From the IMG/VR virus record IMGVR_UViG_3300036790_000395, positions 1-61,963 of that record: a stretch of 61,963 nt of DNA; one strand, written 5' to 3'. Position 1 is the stretch's first letter; each line of letters starts with the position of its first letter. This DNA comes from a virus. Its lineage: Duplodnaviria; Caudoviricetes. A program made the position numbers and the translations under genes. Below, piece after piece: positions 1 to 7,653 of the stretch. Under the pieces are notes generated by a model, which saw only the letters and a list, made by a program, of their open reading frames with translations, was not told the origin of the DNA and searched no databases.

Positions 1-96
1 CGCGCCATCGGAATAGACGTTCGTGAAGTCCTCCTCCAGCGCGCCCATCACTAGCTTGGTCTGTCCGGCGCTGGTGGGTTGGATAGGCATATTTCC
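1..96. repeat. Terminal direct repeat, left copy (circular assembly overlap)
   Basis: 1-96 equals 61868-61963 except G versus A at position 78; it lies inside the polymerase ORF, which reads through the junction in frame. Confidence 0.95.
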
Positions 97-1833
97 AGCC
101 TGACGTAATCCTTGAGACCGAATCCACGAGAGCGCTGAATGTGTTTCAGGAACCCGTCGAATTCGCCCAAATAGATCCCACACGTACCCGTACCGTCGCG
201 CTCGGTAATGCTGTAGTTCCATATAAGCGCGCACCTCGGGGTAGAGTCCGAACCAGCGCTCAATAAAGTCATCACATTCTTCCTCCGTCCAAAACAGTTT
301 CGACAGCGCGAGCTGCGCTTGCAGCCCTATGGCGGTCGCGCCGTAACAGTTGCTTACTAACTTGCCTTCGACCGTGAAGCGTCGGCGCGGCCCTGCATTG
401 AGGATGTCGAAGACCGGCCCATAGGCTTCTTGGGCAGATACGGCCCACGCGGCACTCTTTGCAGAATTTCCTGCCAAGACACTCCATTCAACAAGTTGTC
501 GGTCGAGATCATCGCTTCCCGCCTGCAGGCCGAGCAGACTACCCGTACCGCACGATACCCTTTGTACCTCTCGATCTCCGTCGAAATAACCGTCAGCGTA
601 TCCAACGGGAGTGACTTCACGAGCCGTAACAGCAAGCCGAGATCTTTCGGCCAGGGCTTCAGCGAGCGGTATTCTTCTGCCGCTCTGTAGCCATACTTTA
701 TGGTCTGGAGTTGCCCAGATTCCATCGTGTTTAATTACCTCCTTGTATCCTTTGAAAATCACTCCATCGTGCGAGACGAATTCGACGCCGTCCCATAGTT
801 TCATCTGTCTGGTGACGTGCTCAATCGGCACTAAGCCCTGATCTGTGAGGACCCGTTGGCCGCCGAGTAGACATATCATAAAATTCACGTTCTTCGTCGG
901 CAGCCGTTTGTAGAGCGCGAAGTCCGCCCAATCGATCTTCTGCTCCGGCGTGAGTTTGCCTTGCTCTTTCAGCGAGGCCAGCAGCGCGTAGTGGTCGTAG
1001 TTGAGGCCGAACACGCGGCAGGCTGAATAGAGATGGATGTCCTTGTCTTCCTGGTACGCCGAGATCATCGAGTGCGCGCGGGCGCAATGCGCCAGATCGC
1101 GCAGCTCGATCTGTGAGAAGTCACTGCTAACCAGCCGCGTGCCGGGGGAGGCGAGGAACGCCATGCGGATGCGTCCGCCGAGTTCCGAACGGGCTGGTAT
1201 TTGTTGCAGGTTGGGATTTCTACTAGCGAATCTGCCCGTCTCGGTGCGGGTCATGGGGAATTCGGTATGCACGCGCCATGTAGACTCTACATGCGGCAGC
1301 TCGCACACTGGACACGAGCCGTCAGAGTTGCGAGGATGGTAGCGCGCCTTCTTGGGGAGGGAGTCAGCGAAGGCCGACTTGAGCTTCGACCGTTCGCGGT
1401 ACTCCAACACTTTATGGACAACAGGGTGATCGTCTCTGCAGAGTTCGAGCTGTTTCTTCCCGGTGCTGACAAGCCCATCCGCTGTAGTCTTCAGATCCCG
1501 ACCGTGGCCGACTTTCAACGCATCAAACAAAAGGGTCCGGATCTGTACGGCAGAGTTTGCGTTGAAAGCGACGGGGCCGAGTTCGCCCTCCACTTCAGCA
1601 GCCGCCTCGGCAAAAGCATGCAGGCGCTCGGCGGGCAAGTGACTAGCGATCTCACGCTCCAGCCCGGCCATTTGGGAACCGAGTTCGGCTGAGAAGTCCT
1701 GTAGGTAGGGGATGTCTATCGCGATGCCGTAGCGCTGCATCCTACGGACCATTGGGACGGGGAGCAGGTCCAAGCGCCGGATGTTTTCGAGATCGGGACG
1801 GCCTGTTAGTTTGACTCCTCCAAAGAGACTCAT
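1..1833 (-). CDS. polA: Family A DNA polymerase, polymerase domain only, intein-containing; continues across the junction to 61670 (~676 aa precursor)
   Basis: Manual translation from ATG 1833 (MSLFGG...): TETGRFASRNPNLQQIP, motif A SSDFSQIELR, motif B KRLPTKNVNFMI/intein/CYG, GNMPIQ. Probably absent from the ORF track because no stop occurs before position 1. Confidence 0.93.
   Translation of the reverse strand, partial: MSLFGGVKLTGRPDLENIRRLDLLPVPMVRRMQRYGIAIDIPYLQDFSAELGSQMAGLEREIASHLPAERLHAFAEAAAEVEGELGPVAFNANSAVQIRTLLFDALKVGHGRDLKTTADGLVSTGKKQLELCRDDHPVVHKVLEYRERSKLKSAFADSLPKKARYHPRNSDGSCPVCELPHVESTWRVHTEFPMTRTETGRFASRNPNLQQIPARSELGGRIRMAFLASPGTRLVSSDFSQIELRDLAHCARAHSMISAYQEDKDIHLYSACRVFGLNYDHYALLASLKEQGKLTPEQKIDWADFALYKRLPTKNVNFMICLLGGQRVLTDQGLVPIEHVTRQMKLWDGVEFVSHDGVIFKGYKEVIKHDGIWATPDHKVWLQSGRRIPLAEALAERSRLAVTAREVTPVGYADGYFDGDREVQRVSCGTGSLLGLQAGSDDLDRQLVEWSVLAGNSAKSAAWAVSAQEAYGPVFDILNAGPRRRFTVEGKLVSNCYGATAIGLQAQLALSKLFWTEEECDDFIERWFGLYPEVRAYMELQHYRARRYGYVWDLFGRIRRVPETHSALSWIRSQGLRQAGNMPIQPTSAGQTKLVMGALEEDFTNVYSDGA
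349..873 (-). mobile_element. Mini-intein (175 aa) in polymerase motif B
   Basis: In-frame insert: starts CLLGGQRVLTDQGLVPIEHV, block B ATPDHKVW, ends PVFDILNAGPRRRFTVEGKLVSN followed by +1 Cys; removal restores NFMI-CYG. Confidence 0.92.
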
Positions 1834-2339
1834 AACGACTCCCCAAAAACAAGCGAGCGCCAGTATGGCACTGAAAAAAGCCGGTAGAGACGCAGACCAG
1901 TCTCATAATCGGTCTCAATCACTTTGATGACATAGCCGACTTTGCGCAGTTCAGATACGCGGCTGGAATACTTCAGAGCGATGTCAGCCAACTCGCGCGT
2001 GTCGGTTATGCCCTGCTGCAAGCGCGCCAGTATCCGCGTGCTCTGTGCCGCTAGACGGTCTGCTTCAAACGGATGCACCGTAACGTTAACCGGAATGCTT
2101 CTGCCATCAGGCTTCCGCGCAGTCTCCAGTCTCTCGATCCAGCTCTCCTTTTCGGCATCGCGCAGCACCCGCCCAAGAGTGATCTCGTCTTCGCGCGTGT
2201 ACCCACTCGGAAAGTGAAGCCACACATCGGGGATCGTTAGGTACTGGTTAGCCTGCGCGGTCAGAAAGACCGCCTCCATTGCGGCGGCCTTCCATTCCTT
2301 CGTCGCCGATTTGTATGAGCGCAGGCCGTTCTCGCTCAT
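1830..2339 (-). CDS. Hypothetical protein with a winged-HTH-like segment
   Basis: TRELADIALKYSSRVSELRKVGYVI; stop overlaps the polymerase start. Confidence 0.6.
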   Translation of the reverse strand: MSENGLRSYKSATKEWKAAAMEAVFLTAQANQYLTIPDVWLHFPSGYTREDEITLGRVLRDAEKESWIERLETARKPDGRSIPVNVTVHPFEADRLAAQSTRILARLQQGITDTRELADIALKYSSRVSELRKVGYVIKVIETDYETGLRLYRLFSVPYWRSLVFGESL

Positions 2340-2560
2340 CGGTAGACCTTGCCGACCTCCACATTGGTGATGCCGCTGCCATTCGAAGTGTTCATCATCT
2401 GGTATTCATAAGCGTCGCGCCAGCGTTTGTAGTCGCGCTCCGTGTAATACTCTTTGACCAGCTTCTTGCCGCGTACCGTCAGCACGATCTGCCACACGAC
2501 GCGCGGGGGAGGCGTTATACCTTTCCTTTCCATCAGCGCTCTCCAAGATCGGTTCGGCAT
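2336..2560 (-). CDS. Hypothetical protein (start uncertain)
   Basis: Fills the operon gap; 4-nt overlap with the downstream gene. Confidence 0.5.
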   Translation of the reverse strand: MPNRSWRALMERKGITPPPRVVWQIVLTVRGKKLVKEYYTERDYKRWRDAYEYQMMNTSNGSGITNVEVGKVYR

Positions 2561-2574
2561 TGCGAGCGTTCCCA

Positions 2575-3057
2575 CTATTGCTGTTCCTCCGCGCGCTTCT
2601 CTTCCACCGGTAGTTCGCCTTTGCCGTTGCAGGTTTCGCAATCGACCGGATCGAAGCCTCTACCGCTGTTTTCCACGCTGCAGGTACAGTCGGCTTGCGG
2701 CTGCTCGCACGCGAAGCAGACGACGCCTTTACCTAAGCAGGAAGGGCAGGGACGGGCTTCTGCGTCCGGCAGCAGGAGCGGCTTATCCTCTTCCGGCGCT
2801 GGTTCCTCGTGCAGCAGGATGCCGATCAGCAGCCCGAAGCGGAAGTTCGCGAAGGCGGATAGCCGCATGGCGTTGCGTGTGGCAGTCAACGGATTGCCGG
2901 TGCGCGTCTGCGGGCTGTAGATGGCTTCGTGGATTAATCCGACGACGCGCTCCCGGATGGCTTCATTCGAGGAGGCGGCCTCCAGTTCTTCTATGTGCTC
3001 TTTGCCCCACGTTTGATACTTGACGGGCAAGGATTCAGCGATCTCTTGTAAGTTCAT
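2575..3057 (-). CDS. Protein with DnaJ-type zinc-finger repeats
   Basis: CPSCLGKG and CETCNGKG (CxxCxGxG twice). Confidence 0.65.
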   Translation of the reverse strand: MNLQEIAESLPVKYQTWGKEHIEELEAASSNEAIRERVVGLIHEAIYSPQTRTGNPLTATRNAMRLSAFANFRFGLLIGILLHEEPAPEEDKPLLLPDAEARPCPSCLGKGVVCFACEQPQADCTCSVENSGRGFDPVDCETCNGKGELPVEEKRAEEQQ

Positions 3058-4412
3058 GTGTCACGGTCCTCATCAGCTATTTCGAAGAAGCGATCACGCC
3101 TCCTTCGCTCCAACTCGACCGCCGTTTGGCCGGTCCAGTCGGCATCTCCGCAGGCGTAGGTAACGGCCTTCGCGAGCGGGGCGTTGGCAATGCCCAAAAT
3201 CGGGTAGCGCCCGATCCTGGCTTCGATATGAGCGGCGGCGTGATGGTTCGCGTCGTCACTCCAGAATTCGTCGAGCCGCTCCCACGGGTCGTAGTCGGAT
3301 GACTTATCGGTGTGCTGCAGCAGGCGGTTGATTAGCTGTTCGAGCGGACCCTTCTTGACCGTCTCGCGGATCTTGGTTTTAAGGCGTACTACGTCGATCA
3401 GCGAGAGGTCCGCGCGGGCGATATCGAGCGCTTCGACCAGCCAGCAGACGAGCGCTTCGATGGAATACGGGCGCACGACATCATCCCATGAGGTCATCGT
3501 GAACCCAAATAGTCGGTAGACCAAGGGTTTTAAGCCCTGCGGGAGATTACCGAGATGGAAGGCTTCTTGGAGGGTGTCGCGGAAACGCGGCGGATGAATG
3601 CCCATCTTCGCGAGCACATCGAGATCATGGACGGCAAAATGCAAGACCGCTTCGAAGTCCCATAAGTCGCCGAAGAAATGATTGAGCGTCTCTAGCGGAT
3701 CTTCATGTGTGGCGCGAATCAGACGAGCGCTGCCGGGCGCGATGCTGAACTGCACGCTCCAGGGCACGCCGCCGTGGTCTTCCGTGTCGATGGATAAGAG
3801 GGAGGTATCAGCGGAGCGCAGGTAGGCGCTTACTTCGTCTGGTGTGTCGGCAATTTTGTAGTCGGTCGGGTACGGCTTCTTGTCTCGTGTAGACTCTACA
3901 CGGCGTTTGTTCAGTTGCCCCCAATCTTCGAGCAACTGCGTCATCCAACGCGATTCGTGCAGGCCCAATGCCGGGTGATACATGGGCACGATCCAGCCCC
4001 GGTAATCGTACAGCTCGCCCCACTGCGGTATGCCGTGGTGCATGTCGAGCTTGATGGAGGGAACGAGGCGGCAGGCCGAGCCGCCCATCAGGATGATTAG
4101 AGAGGGATCTGTTCTTTGTATCTCTTTAGGGAGGTGATGAGCCGAGCAACAATCGATCTCGCGAGGCGTAGGCGTTCTATTCGCATCGGCCCAACACAGC
4201 ACAGTATTGGTAATGCGCACCTCAGAACGCGACAAGCCAGCCAGAGGAAGATAAGTTGCATTAAGTTCTTCACCGGTCTTGCCTATGAAGACTCGACCGT
4301 ACTTGTTTTCGTTACCGCCAGGGCGTTCGCCGATGATCAGGACGGGCGCGGGCGAGGGGCCATCTGGAGGCAGCGGGCGATAGCGGCGCGGGCAGACTTC
4401 ACACGGGATCAT
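3054..4412 (-). CDS. Family-4 uracil-DNA glycosylase-like domain fused to a 3'-5' exonuclease (N-terminal half of a split SPO1-like polymerase)
   Basis: UDG motifs CEVCP, IIGERPG, FIGKTG, TNTVLC, MYHPA; exonuclease motifs SIDTE, HFAVHDL, YACGDAD. Confidence 0.85.
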   Translation of the reverse strand: MIPCEVCPRRYRPLPPDGPSPAPVLIIGERPGGNENKYGRVFIGKTGEELNATYLPLAGLSRSEVRITNTVLCWADANRTPTPREIDCCSAHHLPKEIQRTDPSLIILMGGSACRLVPSIKLDMHHGIPQWGELYDYRGWIVPMYHPALGLHESRWMTQLLEDWGQLNKRRVESTRDKKPYPTDYKIADTPDEVSAYLRSADTSLLSIDTEDHGGVPWSVQFSIAPGSARLIRATHEDPLETLNHFFGDLWDFEAVLHFAVHDLDVLAKMGIHPPRFRDTLQEAFHLGNLPQGLKPLVYRLFGFTMTSWDDVVRPYSIEALVCWLVEALDIARADLSLIDVVRLKTKIRETVKKGPLEQLINRLLQHTDKSSDYDPWERLDEFWSDDANHHAAAHIEARIGRYPILGIANAPLAKAVTYACGDADWTGQTAVELERRRRDRFFEIADEDRDT

Positions 4413-4614
4413 CGACCCTCCGCTCCTGCCAGCTCTTGCCGTTGTAGATGTAGCGGCATCGGCTGCAGACTGCGCTAAGGTCGGCTGGCAGCGAGCGCTG
4501 CAGGAAGGGGGGCGGTGCCGAGCGCGAGACGCCGCAGAGCGCTTTCTGCTGGCCGTCCTTCACGAAATGCCAGAGCGCGTAGCGGATGCGGTAGCGGGTC
4601 CACTTGCCTTTCAT
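4399..4614 (-). CDS. Small zinc-finger protein
   Basis: WH...ALCG...CSRC pattern. Confidence 0.55.
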   Translation of the reverse strand: MKGKWTRYRIRYALWHFVKDGQQKALCGVSRSAPPPFLQRSLPADLSAVCSRCRYIYNGKSWQERRVDDPV

Positions 4615-4916
4615 TTAGGCTTCCTGGCGCGTTTGGCGGCGGCGCGCTTCCGCGCTGGTTTGGCTGACTTGACAGACTGCTTGGCACGCGGCGCAGGGGG
4701 CACTTTGCGCAAGGTCTTTGCCATACGCTTCTTCTCTTTCCTAAGCCGTTTGTTCGGCTCTTCCCGTTGCTCGGGGCCGCCTGTAATCTCATCCAACAGC
4801 GCGTAGAAGCGCGTGATAGCGTTGTCTTCACACTGCCGTGCCGAGTATCCGTTGCGGGCCGCTGTCATCATGCGATCCGCCTCAATCTTCAACTGGTTTT
4901 TCTGATCGTCTGTCAT
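4611..4916 (-). CDS. Hypothetical protein with Lys/Ala/Arg-rich tail
   Basis: KSAKPARKRAAAKRARKPK; 4-nt overlaps on both sides. Confidence 0.6.
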   Translation of the reverse strand: MTDDQKNQLKIEADRMMTAARNGYSARQCEDNAITRFYALLDEITGGPEQREEPNKRLRKEKKRMAKTLRKVPPAPRAKQSVKSAKPARKRAAAKRARKPK

Positions 4917-5185
4917 TTGAACGTCCTCATCTGCATCAGCCGCCGCTCGATATACCAGCGCGCTTTTTCGAGTTCGGTCTTCTCGTCTTCGCCGGGCTTC
5001 TTGCCCGCGCGCAGCAAATACTTCACGGCGTTGCCGGTGCTGTAATCGAGGCCGAACGCTTCGATCACGTCGATCACCTGCAGGCCCTTCGCGCCGTGGT
5101 AATGCGCCGGGTTGATCTTGTCTATCGGCGGCGGTGTCTGCTCAATCGGCGGGGGCGCGGGTGATAGGGCTTGTTCTTCCGCCAT
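4913..5185 (-). CDS. DUF3310 family protein
   Basis: DKINPAHY...IDVIEAFGLDYSTGNAVKYLLRAGKK...LEKARWY; start placed at the TGATG overlap. Confidence 0.85.
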   Translation of the reverse strand: MAEEQALSPAPPPIEQTPPPIDKINPAHYHGAKGLQVIDVIEAFGLDYSTGNAVKYLLRAGKKPGEDEKTELEKARWYIERRLMQMRTFK

Positions 5186-5439
5186 CAGTCGAGTACCTCG
5201 AAGCACTGCTGGATCTCGCTCTTCGACAGCTCTTCGAGCGCCGTGATCGTGAAGTCGAACTCGGGGTTCGAGTTCACCCAATCGACCGCTTCGCGCTCGT
5301 AGTCGAATATGTCGTCGCGCCGACCGGGATTCACAACGCCGATGTCTTTCAGCATCAGCAACAACTTGAGATGCTGGTTACGGGTTGACGGGTCCGCGCG
5401 CCAATCGGTATTCTCTCTTTTGGGAACTGGTTTAGGCAT
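5185..5439 (-). CDS. Hypothetical protein
   Basis: AAAGGAG Shine-Dalgarno upstream; coupled to the DUF3310 gene. Confidence 0.6.
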   Translation of the reverse strand: MPKPVPKRENTDWRADPSTRNQHLKLLLMLKDIGVVNPGRRDDIFDYEREAVDWVNSNPEFDFTITALEELSKSEIQQCFEVLD

Positions 5440-5471
5440 TTACGCCTTATCTCCTTTCATCGATTCAAAAT

Positions 5472-6026
5472 TCCTCACCAGACCTCAACCGGATGGATGA
5501 GAGATGAATCATTGCGAAGCATCCACACCTTGCACCGCCATAGCCCACCGGATCATTCCGAAAACCATGACCCAAACTCGCCTTACCTCACGTCTAACCG
5601 CGCCAGTCATTACCCGACCATCGCATTCCGAAGCTCGCCGAAGCAGAAATCTATAAGAGCGAAAATCCATACCGACGCCAAAGCTCGCCTGATACCGCCT
5701 GAGCTTTCCACACCCGGCCATCCTTGCCAACCGCACGTAGATTTATAAGAGCTAGAAATCCTTACCACAGCTAACCGGGCCGGAACCCACCTGATACCAG
5801 CAGTCCACTACCGACACAACCCGACACGACCGAGTGCCTGCCGCAGCACGCCGAACCATAGGAAATTTGGAATAAATAGCATTGAATCCAGACCATAGCC
5901 GTCCTTACCAGATGCGAGCTGTCCTGACCAGAGGTGTATTTGTAAAAAGAAATGCGACATATCCTCACCAAAACCGTTCCGCACCCTTTTGAAGCCTCTG
6001 CATACCCCGGCCCGCCGTACCAGACC
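5472..6026 (-). ncRNA. Array of GGN-NN 5-nt-periodic repeat units (candidate guide RNAs, VIPR-like)
   Basis: Six tracts, each ending GGT-NN-GGA followed by an AT/pyrimidine-rich tail, e.g. GGT CA GGA CA GCT CG CAT CT GGT AA GGA CG GCT AT GGT CT GGA TT; begins just after the RAMP-like gene stop. Confidence 0.75.
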
Positions 6027-6027
6027 G

Positions 6028-6651
6028 TCACAATCTGAAGGATTCGAACTTCGTTACTTGAAACCGGCCAAACGTAGGCCGGAAGTCGCCGACGCCGCAG
6101 AGCTTACCGGAGTACTGAATGCAGTCGTTTAACTGCTGCGGCGAGATGTACTCAGGCAGCAAAACCTGCACGAGCACCTTCACCTTCCAGCCCGCCATCA
6201 ATGCCGGTCGCTGCCGAGTGATGCCGTTACGCTGCACCATCACGCGGCGCTGGTCGAGGTAATCCCAGTTCTTCTTGTCGATGCCGAGCGAACACAGTTC
6301 GTCGATCACGACGATGCCCGCCTTATATAGATCCGCAGCCGACTTGCGCGGCGAGCGAGGATCTTGTCTGAATTTCGCGGCTCCAATCATCGCCATGCGG
6401 AAGTGTTCTCCAGGGATGCAAAGTTCCCCTCGGCCATTCCGATAGACGTATGACTCTACGTCGTCTTCTTTCTTCGCCTTGCTGCCTTTGGCGGCTTTGC
6501 TCTTCGCTTCAACCGCCTCACAGGACCAACGATGGTAGAGGAACGGCGCGGTGCCGATCACCTCGATCTCTGCAGCGTAGGGCTGCTCGAACGAGATGAT
6601 TTTGTTCGCATCATTCGATACGGGTTCAATTGCATTAAGAGTTGCGCTCAT
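6028..6651 (-). CDS. Stand-alone Cas7/RAMP-like protein
   Basis: N-terminal IEVIGTAPFLYH strand, LCIPGEHFRMAMIGAA, QRPAL..WKV, C-terminal Gly-rich loop SGKLCGVGDFRPTFGRFQV, matching the RAMP motif order. Confidence 0.78.
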   Translation of the reverse strand: MSATLNAIEPVSNDANKIISFEQPYAAEIEVIGTAPFLYHRWSCEAVEAKSKAAKGSKAKKEDDVESYVYRNGRGELCIPGEHFRMAMIGAAKFRQDPRSPRKSAADLYKAGIVVIDELCSLGIDKKNWDYLDQRRVMVQRNGITRQRPALMAGWKVKVLVQVLLPEYISPQQLNDCIQYSGKLCGVGDFRPTFGRFQVTKFESFRL

Positions 6652-7409
6652 CGTATTTCAGCCTTTCTGTTATGGAGAAGTTCAACAACTTCTTTGGCGA
6701 TGGTCTTTCCAATACCAGGAACAGTTCGCCAATCTTGTTCGGTTGCCGATACCATCTCGGCAACGCTCTTAAATCTCTTGCCCACGTCCCATGCGCGGCG
6801 GTCGATACCGGGCAACTGCGCCGCGACCTTCTCGACCACGCCCGGCTCGCGCGAACGGAACATCACTTTGCCGGGCTGCTCGGCGGCTGCCGGGTTGCGC
6901 GTGTAGAGCTGGTCGTGCGAATGGTGCGAGTCGAATGGCTTCTGCCACCAGTGATAACGGGAGGCGTAGAGCGCGGCGGTCTCGGCGGTGCCTGCCGAGC
7001 GCAGGATGATCACTCGGCCCATCACTTCCAAAGAGGAGAGGTAGCTGTCGAGTTGGCGGAAATTGACGCCGCGCCCGCGCGAGAACATGGATCGCCACTG
7101 ACCCTCGAACACTTCGATGCCGCCCGTCCGGTCGGGCCGCCAGAGACCTTCGACGAGCAGGTAGACGTAATCGTAGGAGTCCCACATGCCGTGCAGTTGA
7201 TGGCCGGATAACCGGCGCGAGGTCATGGAGGTGATGAGGTCCGGCAGGCGCTTGCGCTCGATGCCGACCATGATCGGTTTGTTGCCGGGGCCGGAGCCTT
7301 CGAACGAGCAGTCGCCGAAGTCGAGGTGAGCTACTTCAATGGACAGGTCGTAGATCGCTAAGCAGCGACGGAGAGCGGTGTCTTCGCGGTCGTCAAGTAC
7401 AAGGCACAC
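6648..7409 (-). CDS. ERCC4/XPF-family nuclease with C-terminal helix-hairpin-helix
   Basis: LDDRE, LDFGDC, GIERKRLPDL, LLVEG, VPGIGKTIA. Confidence 0.85.
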   Translation of the reverse strand: MCLVLDDREDTALRRCLAIYDLSIEVAHLDFGDCSFEGSGPGNKPIMVGIERKRLPDLITSMTSRRLSGHQLHGMWDSYDYVYLLVEGLWRPDRTGGIEVFEGQWRSMFSRGRGVNFRQLDSYLSSLEVMGRVIILRSAGTAETAALYASRYHWWQKPFDSHHSHDQLYTRNPAAAEQPGKVMFRSREPGVVEKVAAQLPGIDRRAWDVGKRFKSVAEMVSATEQDWRTVPGIGKTIAKEVVELLHNRKAEIR

Positions 7410-7444
7410 GATACCCTCCGAGAGCTGATCTCAAAGGGAATTTT

Positions 7445-7630
7445 TGTAGTCGATTTGTAGTTGGTGGGTGCGGATTATGTGAAATATGCGAACTATGCGT
7501 TAATAGAATCAGTAAGTTACAGATTCTAAAACGATGCGCACGGTTCAAATCCCACCAGCCGCCCCACCTAAATCCCTTTAAAATCAATAAGTTAGCAGTA
7601 GCAAGAAAAAACTGTAGTCGATTTGTAGTT
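7445..7630 (+). other. attP site with tRNA-His 3'-end core
   Basis: Core GGTTCAAATCCCACCAGCCGCCCCA 7542-7566; 18-bp direct repeats TGTAGTCGATTTGTAGTT at 7445 and 7613; IHF-like sites at 7507 and 7582; adjacent to the integrase. Confidence 0.85.
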
Positions 7631-7653
7631 TTGACGTGATAGAGTTGCCCTAG

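Noticed and set aside
1-96. Biological terminal repeat
   Set aside because: It falls mid-gene and is best explained as assembly overlap; the single mismatch (Pro versus Ser in PIQS) is probably an error or strain variant.
5472-6026. Canonical CRISPR array
   Set aside because: No identical 23-50 bp repeats separated by unique spacers, here or elsewhere in the window.
5497-6031. Short ORFs overlapping the GGN-NN array (5497-5748, 5509-5736, 5771-6031)
   Set aside because: The repeat period is 5, not 3, the peptides are low-complexity products of the repeat, and no frame spans the array.
7542-7566. Full tRNA gene
   Set aside because: Only the T-loop to CCA portion is present; interpreted as the att core.
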